Below, one piece after another: positions 1-22,266 of a stretch of 64,000 bases of DNA (position 1 is the first letter of the stretch; each line of letters opens with the position of its first letter). The DNA comes from the human T2T-CHM13v2.0 reference genome, Homo sapiens: assembly GCF_009914755.1 (NCBI RefSeq), contig NC_060943.1; one strand, 5' to 3'. The notes beneath the pieces were generated by a model, which was given only the letters and a program-made list of their open reading frames with translations, was not told where the DNA came from and made no database searches. Made by a program: the position numbers and the translations under genes.

Positions 1-102
1 TAATATTCATCTCCCTACTCTTGCTGTATTCAGAATGAGTGAATATAAAGAGAAGTCATCTGAAATTATTGTGTCTCAGCAGCAGAAAGAAGTGGAATAC
101 AC

Positions 103-358
103 GGTTGGACGCGGTGGCTCACGCCTGTGATCCCAGCATTTTGGGAGGCCGAGGCGGGTGAATCACCTGAGGTCGGGAGTTTGAGACCAGCCTGACCAGC
201 ATGGAGAAACCCCCTCTCTACTAAAAATACAAAATTAGCCGGGCGTGGTGGCACATGCTTGTAATCCCAGCTACGCTGGAGGCTGAGGCAGGAGAATCGC
301 TTGAACGCGGGAGGCGAAACTCCCTCTCAAAACAAAAAACAAACAAAAAACAACCAAA
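103..358 (+). mobile_element. Alu with internally deleted right arm
   Basis: GGTTGGACGCGGTGGCTCACGCCTGTGATCCCAGC start, A-rich linker and tail. Confidence 0.9.
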
Positions 359-359
359 A

Positions 360-1450
360 CTGAAAGCTGGTAATGAAACAAATACGTATACACGAACATT
401 TGTAGCAACACTGTTCACTACAGCCAAAAGGTGAAAAGAAGCCAAATGTGCGTCAATGTATGAATGGAGAAACAAATTGTAGTATAAACATAAAATATTC
501 ATCTATGAAAAGGAATGAAGTACTGATACGTGGTATGATGTGAATAACATTAAAAATATTATGCTAAGCAAAGGGAGTTAGAAACAAAATGTTCCATTCA
601 TTTTTATGATTTGTCCAAAATAGGTAATAGAAAAGAGAGAAAGATTCATGTTTCCCCAGGAATGGGATTATGGACAACAGTAGTGATTGCTTAGTGGGCA
701 TGGGGTTTTCTTTGGGTGATAAAAATGTTTTGTAATTCAAGAGGTGGTGGTTTCACAATGAAGCAGCTACTTTGTCTGAGGTTTAAACCCGGGGTTCGTC
801 GTTAAGCGCCAGAAAAATTTAGGACACGGACACACAAAAACTCCTCAGTTTAGGAGCGGAGGTTTAATAGGAAGAAGAGAAAGAGAAACGGGTTCCTCCA
901 TAGAGGAAGGGGTCTCCGAGCGGAAAAGGGTCGGCTGGCAGTGAATGTGCTGAGTTTTACAGACCAGTTTGAGGAGGCAGTGTCTGATTTACATAGGGGT
1001 CATAGATTGGTTCGATCAGTTATGACGTTTACATAGTGCGTGGGGAAGGCTGGTCGCCCCACCCTAATCTTCTTATGCAAATAGGCTTCCCAGTTGATTG
1101 GCCCATCTTGCCAGCTTCTTACTGTGCACGTGGCTGACAAAGAGAAGGGAAGATGGAGCCGCCATCTTTAACATGATTGGCACAACTGCTGGTATCTATG
1201 TCTGCGGCAGCTGGATTTTACAGGCTGCTCTTCCTTAGGAAGGGAAATAATTTGGGGCTGCTTTTCATTAAAAAGAAAAGCCTTACCGAGGGCTCCCATA
1301 CCCTATCTGCCTAAGTGATGGCTTCTTAACTCGTATATATTAACAACACTGTATTCGTACTAGATGCCATTGCCATTGAATTATGTGCCTTAAAATAATT
1401 TTGTTTTGTGAATTACACCTCAAAAATATTTTTTAAATAATAAAACGACC
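360..1450 (+). mobile_element. Old L1M 3' fragment interrupted by an LTR
   Basis: L1 3' motifs (AAAAGGAATGAAGTACTGATAC, GGTGGTTTCACAA|CACTGT) rejoin across the LTR. Confidence 0.65.
759..1342 (-). mobile_element. ERV1-class solo LTR (MER50-like)
   Basis: Starts TG, flanked by 4-bp TSD ACAA (755-758, 1343-1346); reverse strand GAGTTAAGAAG..CTTAGGCAGATAG..CTCGGTAAGGCTTTTC resembles recalled MER50 start. Confidence 0.7.
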
Positions 1451-1989
1451 ACGTTAAAAACGTTTTGCATAGCGAAAAACAAGTCAAAGGAAAAAAGCTT
1501 TTTGGTTGAGCAATATTTGATACAATGTTAATATGAGTATGTAAATAATACTTAACGGAGGGGAAAAAACTAAACACTCAATAGAAATGTGGGCAAACTA
1601 TTTGACCAATTCACAAAGACTATAATAGTGGCAACGGAAAATATGCACGGATGTTCCACTTTATTTACAAAAGAACAAATACAAATTAAAACTACATTTA
1701 GAAACCATTTCTTACCATTAGATTAGCAAAACTTAACTCCTCGAAGACTGTGTCTTCTCGCTTGTTCCCTTTCCAATAACACTCCTGTTATCATTGGAGG
1801 CGTTTAGACTTCAGAAATTCCTGTCTATTCAGTATTTTCTGTCCTGGACCAGGGAGAGAGAAGGACGACTCTCAGGATAACAGTTCACATTCCCCACTAG
1901 GCAGGCGCTCGTGGCTTTGGGATTCGTTCCCAGTGGGCACCTCGGAGTGGCAACGCTTCCCCCTGAAGAATGAGATTTTGAGCGTTTTT

Positions 1990-2320
1990 CCTTCAGCATT
2001 CGGAGGAGTGTAATCCAAATGCTCTGTGGAGTCGTACACACTGGCTCCAGGAGGAGGATACAAGCAATTCTGGGAATGGTAGTCCAGACGCTCAGTGGAG
2101 TAGCGGTCAGCTTGGCTCCGGCAGGCGAATCAGGGGATTTCTGGGAAATGTAGTCCAGACGCTCAGTGGAGTCTCGGTCAATTTGACTCCGGCAGGTGGA
2201 TCCCAGGGAATTCTGGGAAGTGTAGTCCAGACGCTCGGGGTCGTCGCGGTCAGTTTGTCTCAGGAATTCTGGGAAGTGGAGTCCAGACACTCAGTGGAGT
2301 AGCGGGCCACTTCCGCTCCG
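1990..2320. promoter_or_regulatory. ZNF225 core promoter: ~5 tandem 56-72 bp units, each with a ZNF143/THAP11-type motif, then an ETS site
   Basis: A[AT]TTCTGGGAAnnG[TG]AGTCC cores at 2066, 2137, 2209, 2265, degenerate at 1996; CACTTCCG at 2308-2315. Confidence 0.8.
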
Positions 2321-3020
2321 TTACTGTGAGGTTGCTGCAGTTTTGTCCCTGGTAGTTTGGGTCAGTTCCGCGAGACCCTTCTGAATTTCCTGGACCTACG
2401 CATTGGATCCTTAACGAACTGGTGATCGAATTAGGGGAAAAGAAACCTCGTCGGAGAGCAGAGGTTTGGCGGAGCGGGGCCGCTGTTTTCGTTCTCGTCA
2501 GTGGAGCCTTCTTGGGCTTGGGGCTCTCCTCGCGTCCCCGGGGTGTTTGGGACTTGGTCGGGTCGCGTCTCGCCTGGTTTTAGGGTCTCCGGGGCTCTGA
2601 GCTCGCCCACTCGGCCTCCCTGCACCCCACGCGCGTGGCCACTTCCTCGCGATAAAACGCTGGGATGTTACTTAATCTCCTTGGGTCTCCCGTTACAGTT
2701 CTTTAAGATGGGGAGTTTAGGACCATCCTAATAGAATCGTTTTGGGAACTGAAAGCGGTAACACAAATGAGAGCCTTAAAGCAGCCCCTGTCACTTGGTG
2801 ACTGGTGGTCTCTTGTTAATTTCCCACGAAGCCTGTCAGGTCCCCGGGTGGGGTGAAACTCCAGCTGCAGGGGCACCGGCCCTTCTCCCTGATTCCTGCA
2901 AGACGCTGGGTGATCCCGGACGCCTTCTGACCTCTCTTTTAGGAAGGCGAGGGTTGCATCCACTTCCAGGAGGGGAGAGGAGCATTTAACTTTTATGGGG
3001 CACGGCGACCACGGTCAGAG
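2050..3020. promoter_or_regulatory. CpG-rich region over ZNF225 TSS/exon 1
   Basis: Visibly high GC and CpG density against AT-rich flanks; candidate weak exon-1 donor CTG|GTGATC at 2421/2422. Confidence 0.75.
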
Positions 3021-3046
3021 TGTTTCACAGCCTTCTCCTTACCCAG

Positions 3047-3107
3047 CCCGACCTTTCCAAAAGAGCTGCAGGGAGGGACTTCTTGGCTTCTGAGGGCAAA
3101 GCTCTAC
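3047..3107 (+). other. ZNF225: Candidate non-coding 5'UTR cassette exon of ZNF225
   Basis: CTTCTCCTTACCCAG| acceptor and |GTGAGT donor; homologous to 31167-31220 and 54615-54665. Confidence 0.45.
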
Positions 3108-3353
3108 GTGAGTGATCCTTGGCTTTTTTCTTTGACAGAGATGCTCACCCCAACCGAGAGTGTATAGGATGTGTCTTCGGGCATGGGTGTTGCTTTCAGT
3201 TGTCATGTTTTTCTAGTCTTTAATCTTGAAAGATAGCATAGCTTTCATCGTTTTTTCTTGGTATTTTATCCTTGTTATTTTTGAAGAGTATAGATGAAGT
3301 TATTTTGGTCAAAGATGTTCATTTGGAGTTTTTCTGATGTATTTCACGTTTAA

Positions 3354-3703
<350 letters not shown>

Positions 3704-4721
3704 TGAAGTGGTAAATTTCTTATTGCAACATAACAGGGGCCATATGTCAGTTTGTCACTTCATTGGTGATCTCAACTTTGTTCACTTGGCTAAAGTCATG
3801 TTTGTCAGATTTCCGCATTGTAAAATTATTTTGAATTTTTTTTTTTACCCCAGGAACACAGATTCAAGTTGCTCTCAATATACACTCCCTAATTTTTTAG
3901 TTAAATAAAATTTTGTAAGGAGAAATACATTTATTAGTGCACATTCTACTGTAAAGGTGAACTCTCCCTTCTCCTTCATTTGCTTATTCATTCATTCAAC
4001 TATAAATATTCTATCAGTGTAGATCCAGAATCCAGTCTTATTAAGTTAAATGACATGTGGATGAACAATTACCAATGCTTTGTCCAACTTTATTGAGGTG
4101 TATTCTACATATCATAGAAACTACCCATTTCGTGTGTACACTTTAATGATTTTTAGGAACTTTGTGGAGTGGAATAAACATCACCATAATTCAGTTTAAA
4201 TAATTTTCATCCCCCATTAAGCCTCCTTGTGCTCACTTATAGTTAATCCTCTTTGTCACCTCAAATATGCAGAGACCACCTACCTACTTTCTCGTTATAT
4301 ACACTTGCCTACTCTGGAATTTCATAGATATAGGATCATGCAATATGTGGGCCTTCCTATGTGACTGGCTTCTTTCACTTAGCATAATGTTTCCAAAGTT
4401 CATGCGTGTTGTAGCATGAATCAGTACTTCATTCCTTTTAATTTCCAAATAAGATTCCATTGTATGGATAGGCCACAATTTGTCTATCCATGTACGCATA
4501 GGAGGGAGTTTGTTGGTGTGCAGTTTTGGGTTACTATGAATGATGCTGTTGGGAACATTCATGTGTTAATTTACAATACACATTCGTGTTGGTGGATGGC
4601 ATCCCTGGCCACACTTTCATGTCTCTTTTTCTGCCTTCCCTGGTACTTTCCAGGCAGGATTCTGCTTTCCCTTGGACTGTATCACTCAGGACTCTGAATA
4701 TTCCCTGAAATAGGAGGAAAA

Positions 4722-4736
4722 ATGACCACGTTGAAG
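4722..4736 (+). CDS. ZNF225: ZNF225 first coding exon (MTTLK); exon probably starts 4654
   Basis: AAAATGACCACGTTGAAG|GTGAGT, phase 0; upstream TTTCCAG acceptor. Confidence 0.9.
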
Positions 4737-4744
4737 GTGAGTAG

Positions 4745-5110
<366 letters not shown>

Positions 5111-6535
5111 TAGGGAGTACAACAGAGATATAGCATGGGACAAACAGAATCTAGCTCTTCCCGTGTGAACACCTCCAATAATCCTTGTGTGAAGCAGCAG
5201 TTAAGCAGTTATAGCCTGTTGTGTTGTGCCAACACGAGAGCCAGCGTCCACAGGTGGCACTGCTCCTCCCAGGCACCATTTTGGGGTGATCTTCTTTCTT
5301 CCTGACATGACACCTACTCAGATGCACCCAGTGCTCCAGGCACCCAAGGACAGTGATAACCATAGTCATGATAGAAAATCTTTACTTTCAGTATGGTAAA
5401 GGGTACCTCACACAATGTTACCAGAAAATATAACAGCCTAGAGCAAAAATATTCACTACTTGTATATTTGAAACAGATAAAATCCAAAATAAGAATCTTA
5501 TGTACAGAATAGAAAAAGAAAATCCAAAGGAATGTGAATAAAAGACATTAACAGGCAAGTTTAAAAGGAGAAATTGAGATGGCCAATAAATATTTGAAAA
5601 GGTGATGGTATTATTTATAATCAAATAAGTGAGACTGTTAAATTCTTCCTAATATGATTACAAAAATCATGGGAAAATTGATAACCTGCTCTTGGTTATG
5701 GTAAGACAAATCAGTGTACACGTATCCTCTTGAAAGATTAGGGTTTGGTAAAAAATTGAGACCTGATATTATATGATCACAATTTTAAATATGCCTATTT
5801 ATTGACATTTTAATTTTCATTTAAAATTATTTTAAATAAACAGTAGTAAAATCTACCCAAAATGTTTTTTTTACAGGATTGGTATTAATGAGCATATATA
5901 AAATTAAAGATTATTTAGAGTAGATAAAAATAGATTATCAATTCTTTGGAATACTATGCAGACATGAAATGAGATAAAATAGATGGCAACAATGACAATA
6001 ATAATAAAAAAAATTTTAAAAAGCTAGTGTTTATTAGGTATTTAGTCTGCACTGATCAACTTTCCCAATGCTGCATGTATTTCCTTGTTTAATCATTGAA
6101 AAAACTATAATATGAAAATTATTAGAGAGGGAGTAAATAGGTGAACTTGTCCAAGGTCATGTGACCAGGAAGGCACAGAGCCTTGGGATGTGCTTTTAGG
6201 CACACTGTCTGCAGATCATAGATCAATGCTGCAATCAATGTATGTAGTTTATGCCTTGAGAGTACACAGGATGTACTGTATAGCTGTCCCACACAGGTTA
6301 CCACAAGCTTTGTTAGTTTGGTGGCAGATATTAAAGAAAAATGATAACATTCAGGGTTCAAGTATGAGAGAGAACAATGGGAATTATCAGGCAAGACTGG
6401 GACTGAATTGTTAAATGTTACTGGGGCAGTTGGCAAGATTCACTGAAACCTATATACGTGCAGCCCAGGATGCTGCATTTAGAGTCCTACAGGGTTACTT
6501 ACAAGGAGACTCAGTAAGTGCACAAAGTAAACCTA

Positions 6536-6945
<410 letters not shown>

Positions 6946-7080
6946 GGAAGTCTGTGTGTTGACCTATGTCTCTCAAGATCCAAAACAGCTTCTCATTCCT
7001 CCCCTCTGTCTGCTCAGTGCCACCCCTCTCTCAGTAGTCATTGGTCATGAGACTGAGGTTGCATATGTTCGATGCTGTAG

Positions 7081-7227
<147 letters not shown>

Positions 7228-7374
7228 TAAGGGAACATCAGGACCAGGAGTGGCTTTGTATCCTAGAGTGTTCAAGTTTGAGTATGCATTGGGAACCTAA
7301 GTTTCCAGTAAATTTTACTTAGATTTTTTTCTAGGATATATTGGCACTAAGCACATGACTTTTCACGTTCACAG

Positions 7375-7467
7375 GGCATCAATCACTCCACAGAGATACT
7401 TTCCACTTCCTAAAGGAAGAAAAGTTTTGGATGATGGAGACAGCAACCCAAAGAGAAGGGAATTTAG
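7375..7467 (+). CDS. ZNF225: ZNF225 KRAB-B/b exon ([31 protein letters not shown])
   Basis: 93 nt, CAG|...|GTAAGA, phase 1-1, open. Confidence 0.93.
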
Positions 7468-7668
7468 GTAAGAAGCAAGCAACTCTGTGTCCTTGTGCGT
7501 GACTCTCCCATCGGTTTCACTTCTGTCCATTGCCCAGCTCTGTTGTCCTGGTCTAAATGGCCAGACCTCTTTCCTGAATTATTACAGCTGACTTTCGGCT
7601 GGTTTCCCTGCTCCCACTTTTCCCACCCTGACATCTGTTTTCCTCATGGCAGCCAATGTATTCCTTAG

Positions 7669-8007
<339 letters not shown>

Positions 8008-8177
8008 TGGCTTCTTATGTTTACTTAAGTTACAAGTGTTTTAAGTGCCTTTTAGAGACCATGTGATCTGCTTTTCATCCCCCACCACCTCTCTGACTAC
8101 ATCTCCTGTCCTCTCTCTTTTGCCTTGTCCTTCCAGCCACGTTGTCCTCCCTACCGTTTCTCTGACCTGCCAAGGAC

Positions 8178-8676
8178 ACTGTATTGCCTGTTGTAGTAAC
8201 CAATGACCACACATTTAGTCGACTAAACAACAAAAATTTATCATCTTTCTGTTCTTTAGGCCTGAAGTCTGACACGTCTCACCGGACAATTATCAAGCTG
8301 TCTGTAGGTGTTTGTTTCTTTCTGGATGCTCTTGAGGAGAAGCCTTTATTTTGGTTTACCAGTCTCTAGGCATTCCTTGGCTCTTGTTTCCCTTCCTCCA
8401 TCTTCAAAGGCAGCTACTTTGCATTTCTGACCCTTCTTCCATAGTCATGCTCACTCTGCCACTCTTCTTATGCCTCTCTCTCCTGCCTTTCAGGTTCCTT
8501 GTAATTGTGTTGGTTACCCCTGGATGATTCACAATGACCTCTCTTTCTTGTTAGCTGATTAGTGACCTTAATTGCATCTGCAATCCCAGTCCCCCTTGCT
8601 GTGTAATATAACATGTTCATAGGTCTTGGGTACTGGATGTGGACATCTTTTATGAATCATTGTTCTGTCTACTACT
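8178..8676 (-). mobile_element. MaLR MLT1-type LTR (paralogous copy at ~40345-40845)
   Basis: MLT1-like motifs (ACCTTAATTGCATCTGCAA, GGATGTGGACATCTTT); same position in ZNF234 intron. Confidence 0.65.
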
Positions 8677-8828
8677 GAAGCTTCTGCCTCAGAGCCCTTA
8701 CTTGCTTTTCTGTCTGATCAGAATACTCTTTCACCTCAAAACTTTCTGGCTTCTCCTTTAAGCATATTCAAGTCTCTGTTCAGTTTTAGAGAGGCCATTT
8801 CCAACCACCCTATTTAAAATACTATTCT

Positions 8829-9132
<304 letters not shown>

Positions 9133-9596
9133 CTATTTTTTTCTTCTTGTGCTGTCTTGCACTGTGTCTTATATATTTCTGTTTACCTGTCACTTTTACC
9201 CCCAGGAATGTGATGTCTAAGAGGATGAATTTTAGCTGTTTTGCTCATGGCTGTCTATTCACAGGCTAGAAGGTATTGTTCTGGTACATGGCAGGTATCT
9301 AATTATTTGTTATCCTGATAAATAAATTAATGGATGAGGGGAACTTCAGTGTCTCCAGGAATCATGGAGATAGATAGCTAATAAGTGATACACAAACTAG
9401 AGTGAATGAGAGCTATTGCAGAACATGTTTCTGTCTTTTGATGGCTGCCTATCTAATTAGAACTTTCTTAGGATTCCTTGTTGGGATACTATTTTTAGGT
9501 ATGTGCAGTTCACCTACATCCCATGGAAACTTCTAAGTGTTCTTTTTATGGCCACACTGAGTATTATGCCTTCTCTCTGACTTGTCTTGGAGCTTT

Positions 9597-16861
<7,265 letters not shown>

Positions 16862-18099
16862 TGATGTCTCCTTCTGAAACAGCTCTCCTATACAAGGGGA
16901 AAAAACTTTCAATTCTCTGATGTCTCAGAAAATAACCAGCTTTCCAGCTACCTTTCCTTCGAGAGATTTACCCATCTGCAGCCTGTTTGCCTCTTCCAAT
17001 GTACATCACCAATGTACATGTACATCACCAACCCCCGGTTTCTCTTTCCTTCTCCTAGAGAAAGAAGAATGAGGATAAGGGTGACACAAGTCACACATCT
17101 GAATGTTGCCTGTATTTCTAGTCATCTTTGTTTGATAGCGTGGTATATATTTCTGCATCTTTATTTTTTACAAATTTGTTAAACATGTTAAAGAATACAG
17201 ATTTCGTACAGTCTTCCTTTTCTTTGTATAGAGACATGGTGCTGTATTTTGAACTGGTGAACTTTATATCCTGGAAGGAATCAGGAAACTGCCCTCTCAA
17301 AATGTTAACATCCTGAAAGAGACTCCTCCTTCTTCCCAAAAATCTCTTATTTATAAGGGATGATGTTTTAATTATATCCATGTACTAATGTGCACCAGTA
17401 GGTACACACTTACTTACTAATGTTTCCTAAGATTCAGCCATTGAAAATTAACTTTCCATTTGATTGATTTACTTAATTCAGAATGTGGTAATATCCTGAC
17501 CAAGATTTTCAATGTTTTATGACCATGAGCCATAGTAAGAAATACATCTTTCATCATCACCAGGATGAAAATATTTTGTGCATGTAGATGTGTATGAGTA
17601 CCTTTAGTAGGCATTTCATATAATGGCACCTTTCCTGTTTGTCACGATGCTATGATAATTTCTATTCTGGTTCTTTTTCCTAAATGCTTTTTAGAAGGTT
17701 TCAGATTTATTTTACAGCTCACTAAGAGTCTGTAGTGTTTATTTTGAAAATGGGTATAAAGGTCTGTTTCTTTACATCATATTTTTTCTGCTATCTGTTT
17801 TCAATGAGACAGTCCAATAACTTCACATGGAACCAATCAGGGCATGACCCCTTAGGCGTTCTTTTCATCCCAGGTGATCTTACCAACTTTCATTGTCTCA
17901 TCAGGATCATCCCCCTTTGTGTATTTCTGTCAGGTCCAGCCTTTCAGATTCCCATCAAAACTGAAGGTTTCTGATCCTTTTCTATTTCAGGTAACCAAGT
18001 TATTGTTCATATCAGTACAGACAAATGAGATTATACATGTTCTGCAAAAATTCTTGTACAGGAATACTCTGAAAATGTAGACATAAATACTCCTAGGTA

Positions 18100-18783
18100 T
18101 TTGATATTTAGTATTGTGAAGAGCTTAACCAATTGCAAAGTTTAAAGTGACAGCTCACAGAAGACTGCTGTCACTGCATACCAATGACAAATTCAGTGGT
18201 TTCCCCAAATTACTTTCATGTTCCATATTCTTAAAATTATGGGTTTTTATAGGGGAAAGATGCATATTACAATTAGGAGAAAAATCAAGTAAGACACAGT
18301 CCAGGGAAGTATCAAATGAGAACTTTTTATTGTACTCTCCCCATGAAATCAGGATGCATTACATCCCCAAGATTAAGGTGTGACATTAGACGGGAGGAGA
18401 GCCTATCAGGGAAGCTTTCCTGAGCCCTGGTATTCAGAGTAATCGTTGTCTGTTAATTACATAGCCATTATTGGTTGATTTCTTTCCCGTATGAGTAGTC
18501 TCAGTCTCCTGGTTGACTGATTCCACATGACCTAAAGCCTCACCATAAATCACATTGTTGGTCTTTCTCACATAGTGAGCACCACATTCTCCTCATAGGT
18601 GTGGCCACCCATAATCCTAAATCGTAGAATTACACCGTCCAGAGTGACTTACTAGACCTACTACCTCCAGGCAAACAAAGACACTCTCCTAAGGCATGAC
18701 ATTTTAAGGACTGAGAGATTGCCTCTCAGATGCTGAGGACATCACCCAGGCCTCTTTGTGACTTAGGATAATTTCTTTACTTC
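18100..18783 (-). mobile_element. MER21-like LTR
   Basis: Resembles recalled MER21 family; boundaries approximate. Confidence 0.5.
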
Positions 18784-18935
18784 ATAAGGATATACAATAC
18801 AAACTAAAATATACAAAGTTTTGATGATGTTATGGCTTCTCCTTAAAGTTCACATTTGATTCATATTTCACTGTTTACATAATTTATTAGTTACATAATT
18901 TACCATGCAAGGTTTTATTTCTACCAAGTATTTCA

Positions 18936-19664
<729 letters not shown>

Positions 19665-19744
19665 CTATGTCCTAAGTATGAAATCTTGATAACACTGAAT
19701 AAAAGCTTTACTTGCCCACATCTCTTAATTCTGTGTCATTATAG

Positions 19745-21630
19745 GAGGCAAGATCCAAATGGAGATGGAGACTGTTTCAGAATCAGGAACACATGAAGGC
19801 TTGTTCAGTCATCAAACCTGGGAACAAATTTCAAGTGACTTAACCAGGTTTCAAGACTCCATGGTAAACAGCTTTCAGTTCTCCAAACAAGATGATATGC
19901 CCTGCCAGGTTGATGCAGGACTATCTATAATTCACGTAAGACAGAAACCTTCTGAGGGTAGGACGTGTAAAAAGTCCTTTAGTGATGTCTCCGTCCTTGA
20001 TCTTCATCAACAACTACAGTCAAGAGAGAAGTCTCATACATGTGATGAATGTGGAAAGAGTTTCTGTTATAGCTCAGCTCTTCGTATTCATCAGAGAGTT
20101 CACATGGGGGAGAAACTCTATAATTGTGATGTGTGTGGTAAGGAATTCAATCAGAGCTCACATCTGCAAATTCATCAGAGAATCCACACTGGAGAGAAAC
20201 CATTCAAATGTGAGCAGTGTGGGAAAGGCTTTAGTCGTAGATCAGGACTTTATGTTCATCGTAAATTACACACAGGAGTGAAACCTCATATTTGTGAGAA
20301 ATGTGGGAAGGCCTTCATTCATGATTCCCAGCTTCAGGAACATCAAAGAATCCATACTGGGGAGAAGCCATTCAAATGTGATATATGTTGTAAGAGCTTC
20401 CGTAGTAGAGCAAATCTTAATAGGCATTCCATGGTTCACATGCGAGAGAAACCATTCAGATGTGATACATGTGGTAAGAGCTTTGGTCTGAAATCAGCAC
20501 TTAATAGTCATCGCATGGTCCACACAGGAGAGAAACGGTACAAATGTGAGGAATGTGGAAAACGCTTCATTTATAGGCAAGATCTTTATAAGCATCAGAT
20601 AGACCACACAGGGGAGAAGCCATATAATTGTAAAGAATGTGGAAAGAGCTTCAGATGGGCCTCAGGTCTTTCAAGACATGTGCGAGTCCACAGTGGAGAG
20701 ACAACATTCAAATGTGAAGAATGTGGGAAGGGATTTTATACAAATTCACAACGTTATTCTCACCAGAGAGCGCACAGTGGAGAAAAGCCATATAGATGTG
20801 AGGAGTGTGGGAAGGGCTACAAAAGGAGGTTGGATCTTGACTTTCATCAGAGGGTCCACAGAGGAGAGAAACCCTATAATTGTAAGGAATGTGGGAAGAG
20901 CTTTGGCTGGGCCTCGTGTCTTTTGAATCATCAGAGAATCCACAGTGGAGAAAAACCATTTAAATGTGAAGAATGTGGGAAAAGATTTACTCAGAATTCA
21001 CAACTTTATACCCATCGTAGAGTCCACAGTGGAGAAAAACCATTCAAATGTGAAGAGTGTGGGAAAAGATTTACTCAGAATTCACAACTTTATTCTCATC
21101 GCAGAGTCCACACTGGAGTAAAGCCATACAAATGTGAAGAGTGTGGGAAGGGCTTCAACAGTAAGTTTAATCTTGACATGCACCAGAGGGTCCACACCGG
21201 AGAGAGACCTTATAATTGTAAAGAATGTGGGAAGAGCTTTAGCCGGGCCTCAAGTATTTTGAATCATAAGAGACTCCATGGTGATGAAAAGCCATTCAAA
21301 TGTGAAGAGTGTGGGAAGAGATTTACTGAGAATTCACAGCTTCATTCCCATCAGAGGGTTCACACTGGGGAAAAGCCATACAAATGTGAGAAGTGTGGAA
21401 AGAGCTTCAGATGGGCCTCAACTCATCTAACCCATCAGAGACTCCACAGTAGAGAAAAACTACTTCAATGTGAGGACTGTGGGAAGAGCATTGTGCACAG
21501 TTCATGCCTTAAAGACCAACAAAGAGACCAAAGTGGAGAGAAAACATCTAAATGTGAGGACTGTGGGAAGCGCTACAAGAGGCGCTTGAATCTTGATACG
21601 CTTTTGTCATTATTTTTAAATGACACATAA
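19745..21630 (+). CDS. ZNF225: ZNF225 last exon: spacer + 17 intact C2H2 fingers + 2 degenerate C-terminal fingers
   Basis: TAG| acceptor at 19744/5, phase 1 joins KRAB-B in frame with ORF 19759-21630; total CDS 15+127+93+1886=2121 nt. Confidence 0.95.
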
Positions 21631-22266
21631 CTGTTGTACTCATTTATGGGGTACAGTGTGATAGTTAATGCAAGTATACAATGTGTAATGATCAAATCAG
21701 TGTAATTAACATACCTATCACCTCAAACATTTATCATTTATTTATGTTGGGAACCCTTAAAATTCACTGTCCTAGCTATTTGAAAATAATACGTTGTTAA
21801 TTACTGTCACCCTGTAGTGGTGTAAAACACTAGAACTTATTCCTCCTACCTGCCTGTATTTCTGTATTCATTAACCAACCTTTGGCTACCACCCTGCCTC
21901 CTCACCTCTAAGAACTACTATTCTACTCTCTACTTCTATGAAGTTAACTTTTTGAGCTTCCACATATGTGTGAGAACATGTGGTATGTATCTTTCTGTGC
22001 CTGGCATATATCACTTAATATAATGCCCTGTAAGTCTCATTCACTTTGCTGTGAGTGATAGAATTTTGTTGTTTTTCATGGCTAAATAGTACTCTGATGT
22101 GTATATTTGCCCCATTTTCTTTATTCATTCATCCAGTGGACACTTAGGTTGATTACATACCTTGGCCTATTTCTTGGCTATCGTGAATGGTGCTGCAATA
22201 AACATGGGGGGGTGGAGATAACACTTTAACATACTGATTTCCTTTTCTTTGGATATGTACCAAGTA
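21611..22266 (-). mobile_element. L1MA-type 3' fragment overlapping the ZNF225 stop codon
   Basis: TTTATGGGGTACAGTGTGAT..ATACAATGTGTAATGATCAAATCAG..TCACCTCAAACATTTATCATTT is a typical antisense L1MA 3' end. Confidence 0.85.

Noticed and set aside
1829-2290. 153-aa minus-strand ORF with internal repeats
   Set aside because: Non-ATG start; merely translates the GC-rich promoter array; no recognisable domain
16996-17031. Short tandem duplications (also ~27480-27520, ~44297-44345)
   Set aside because: Ordinary slippage duplications in intron or repeat DNA
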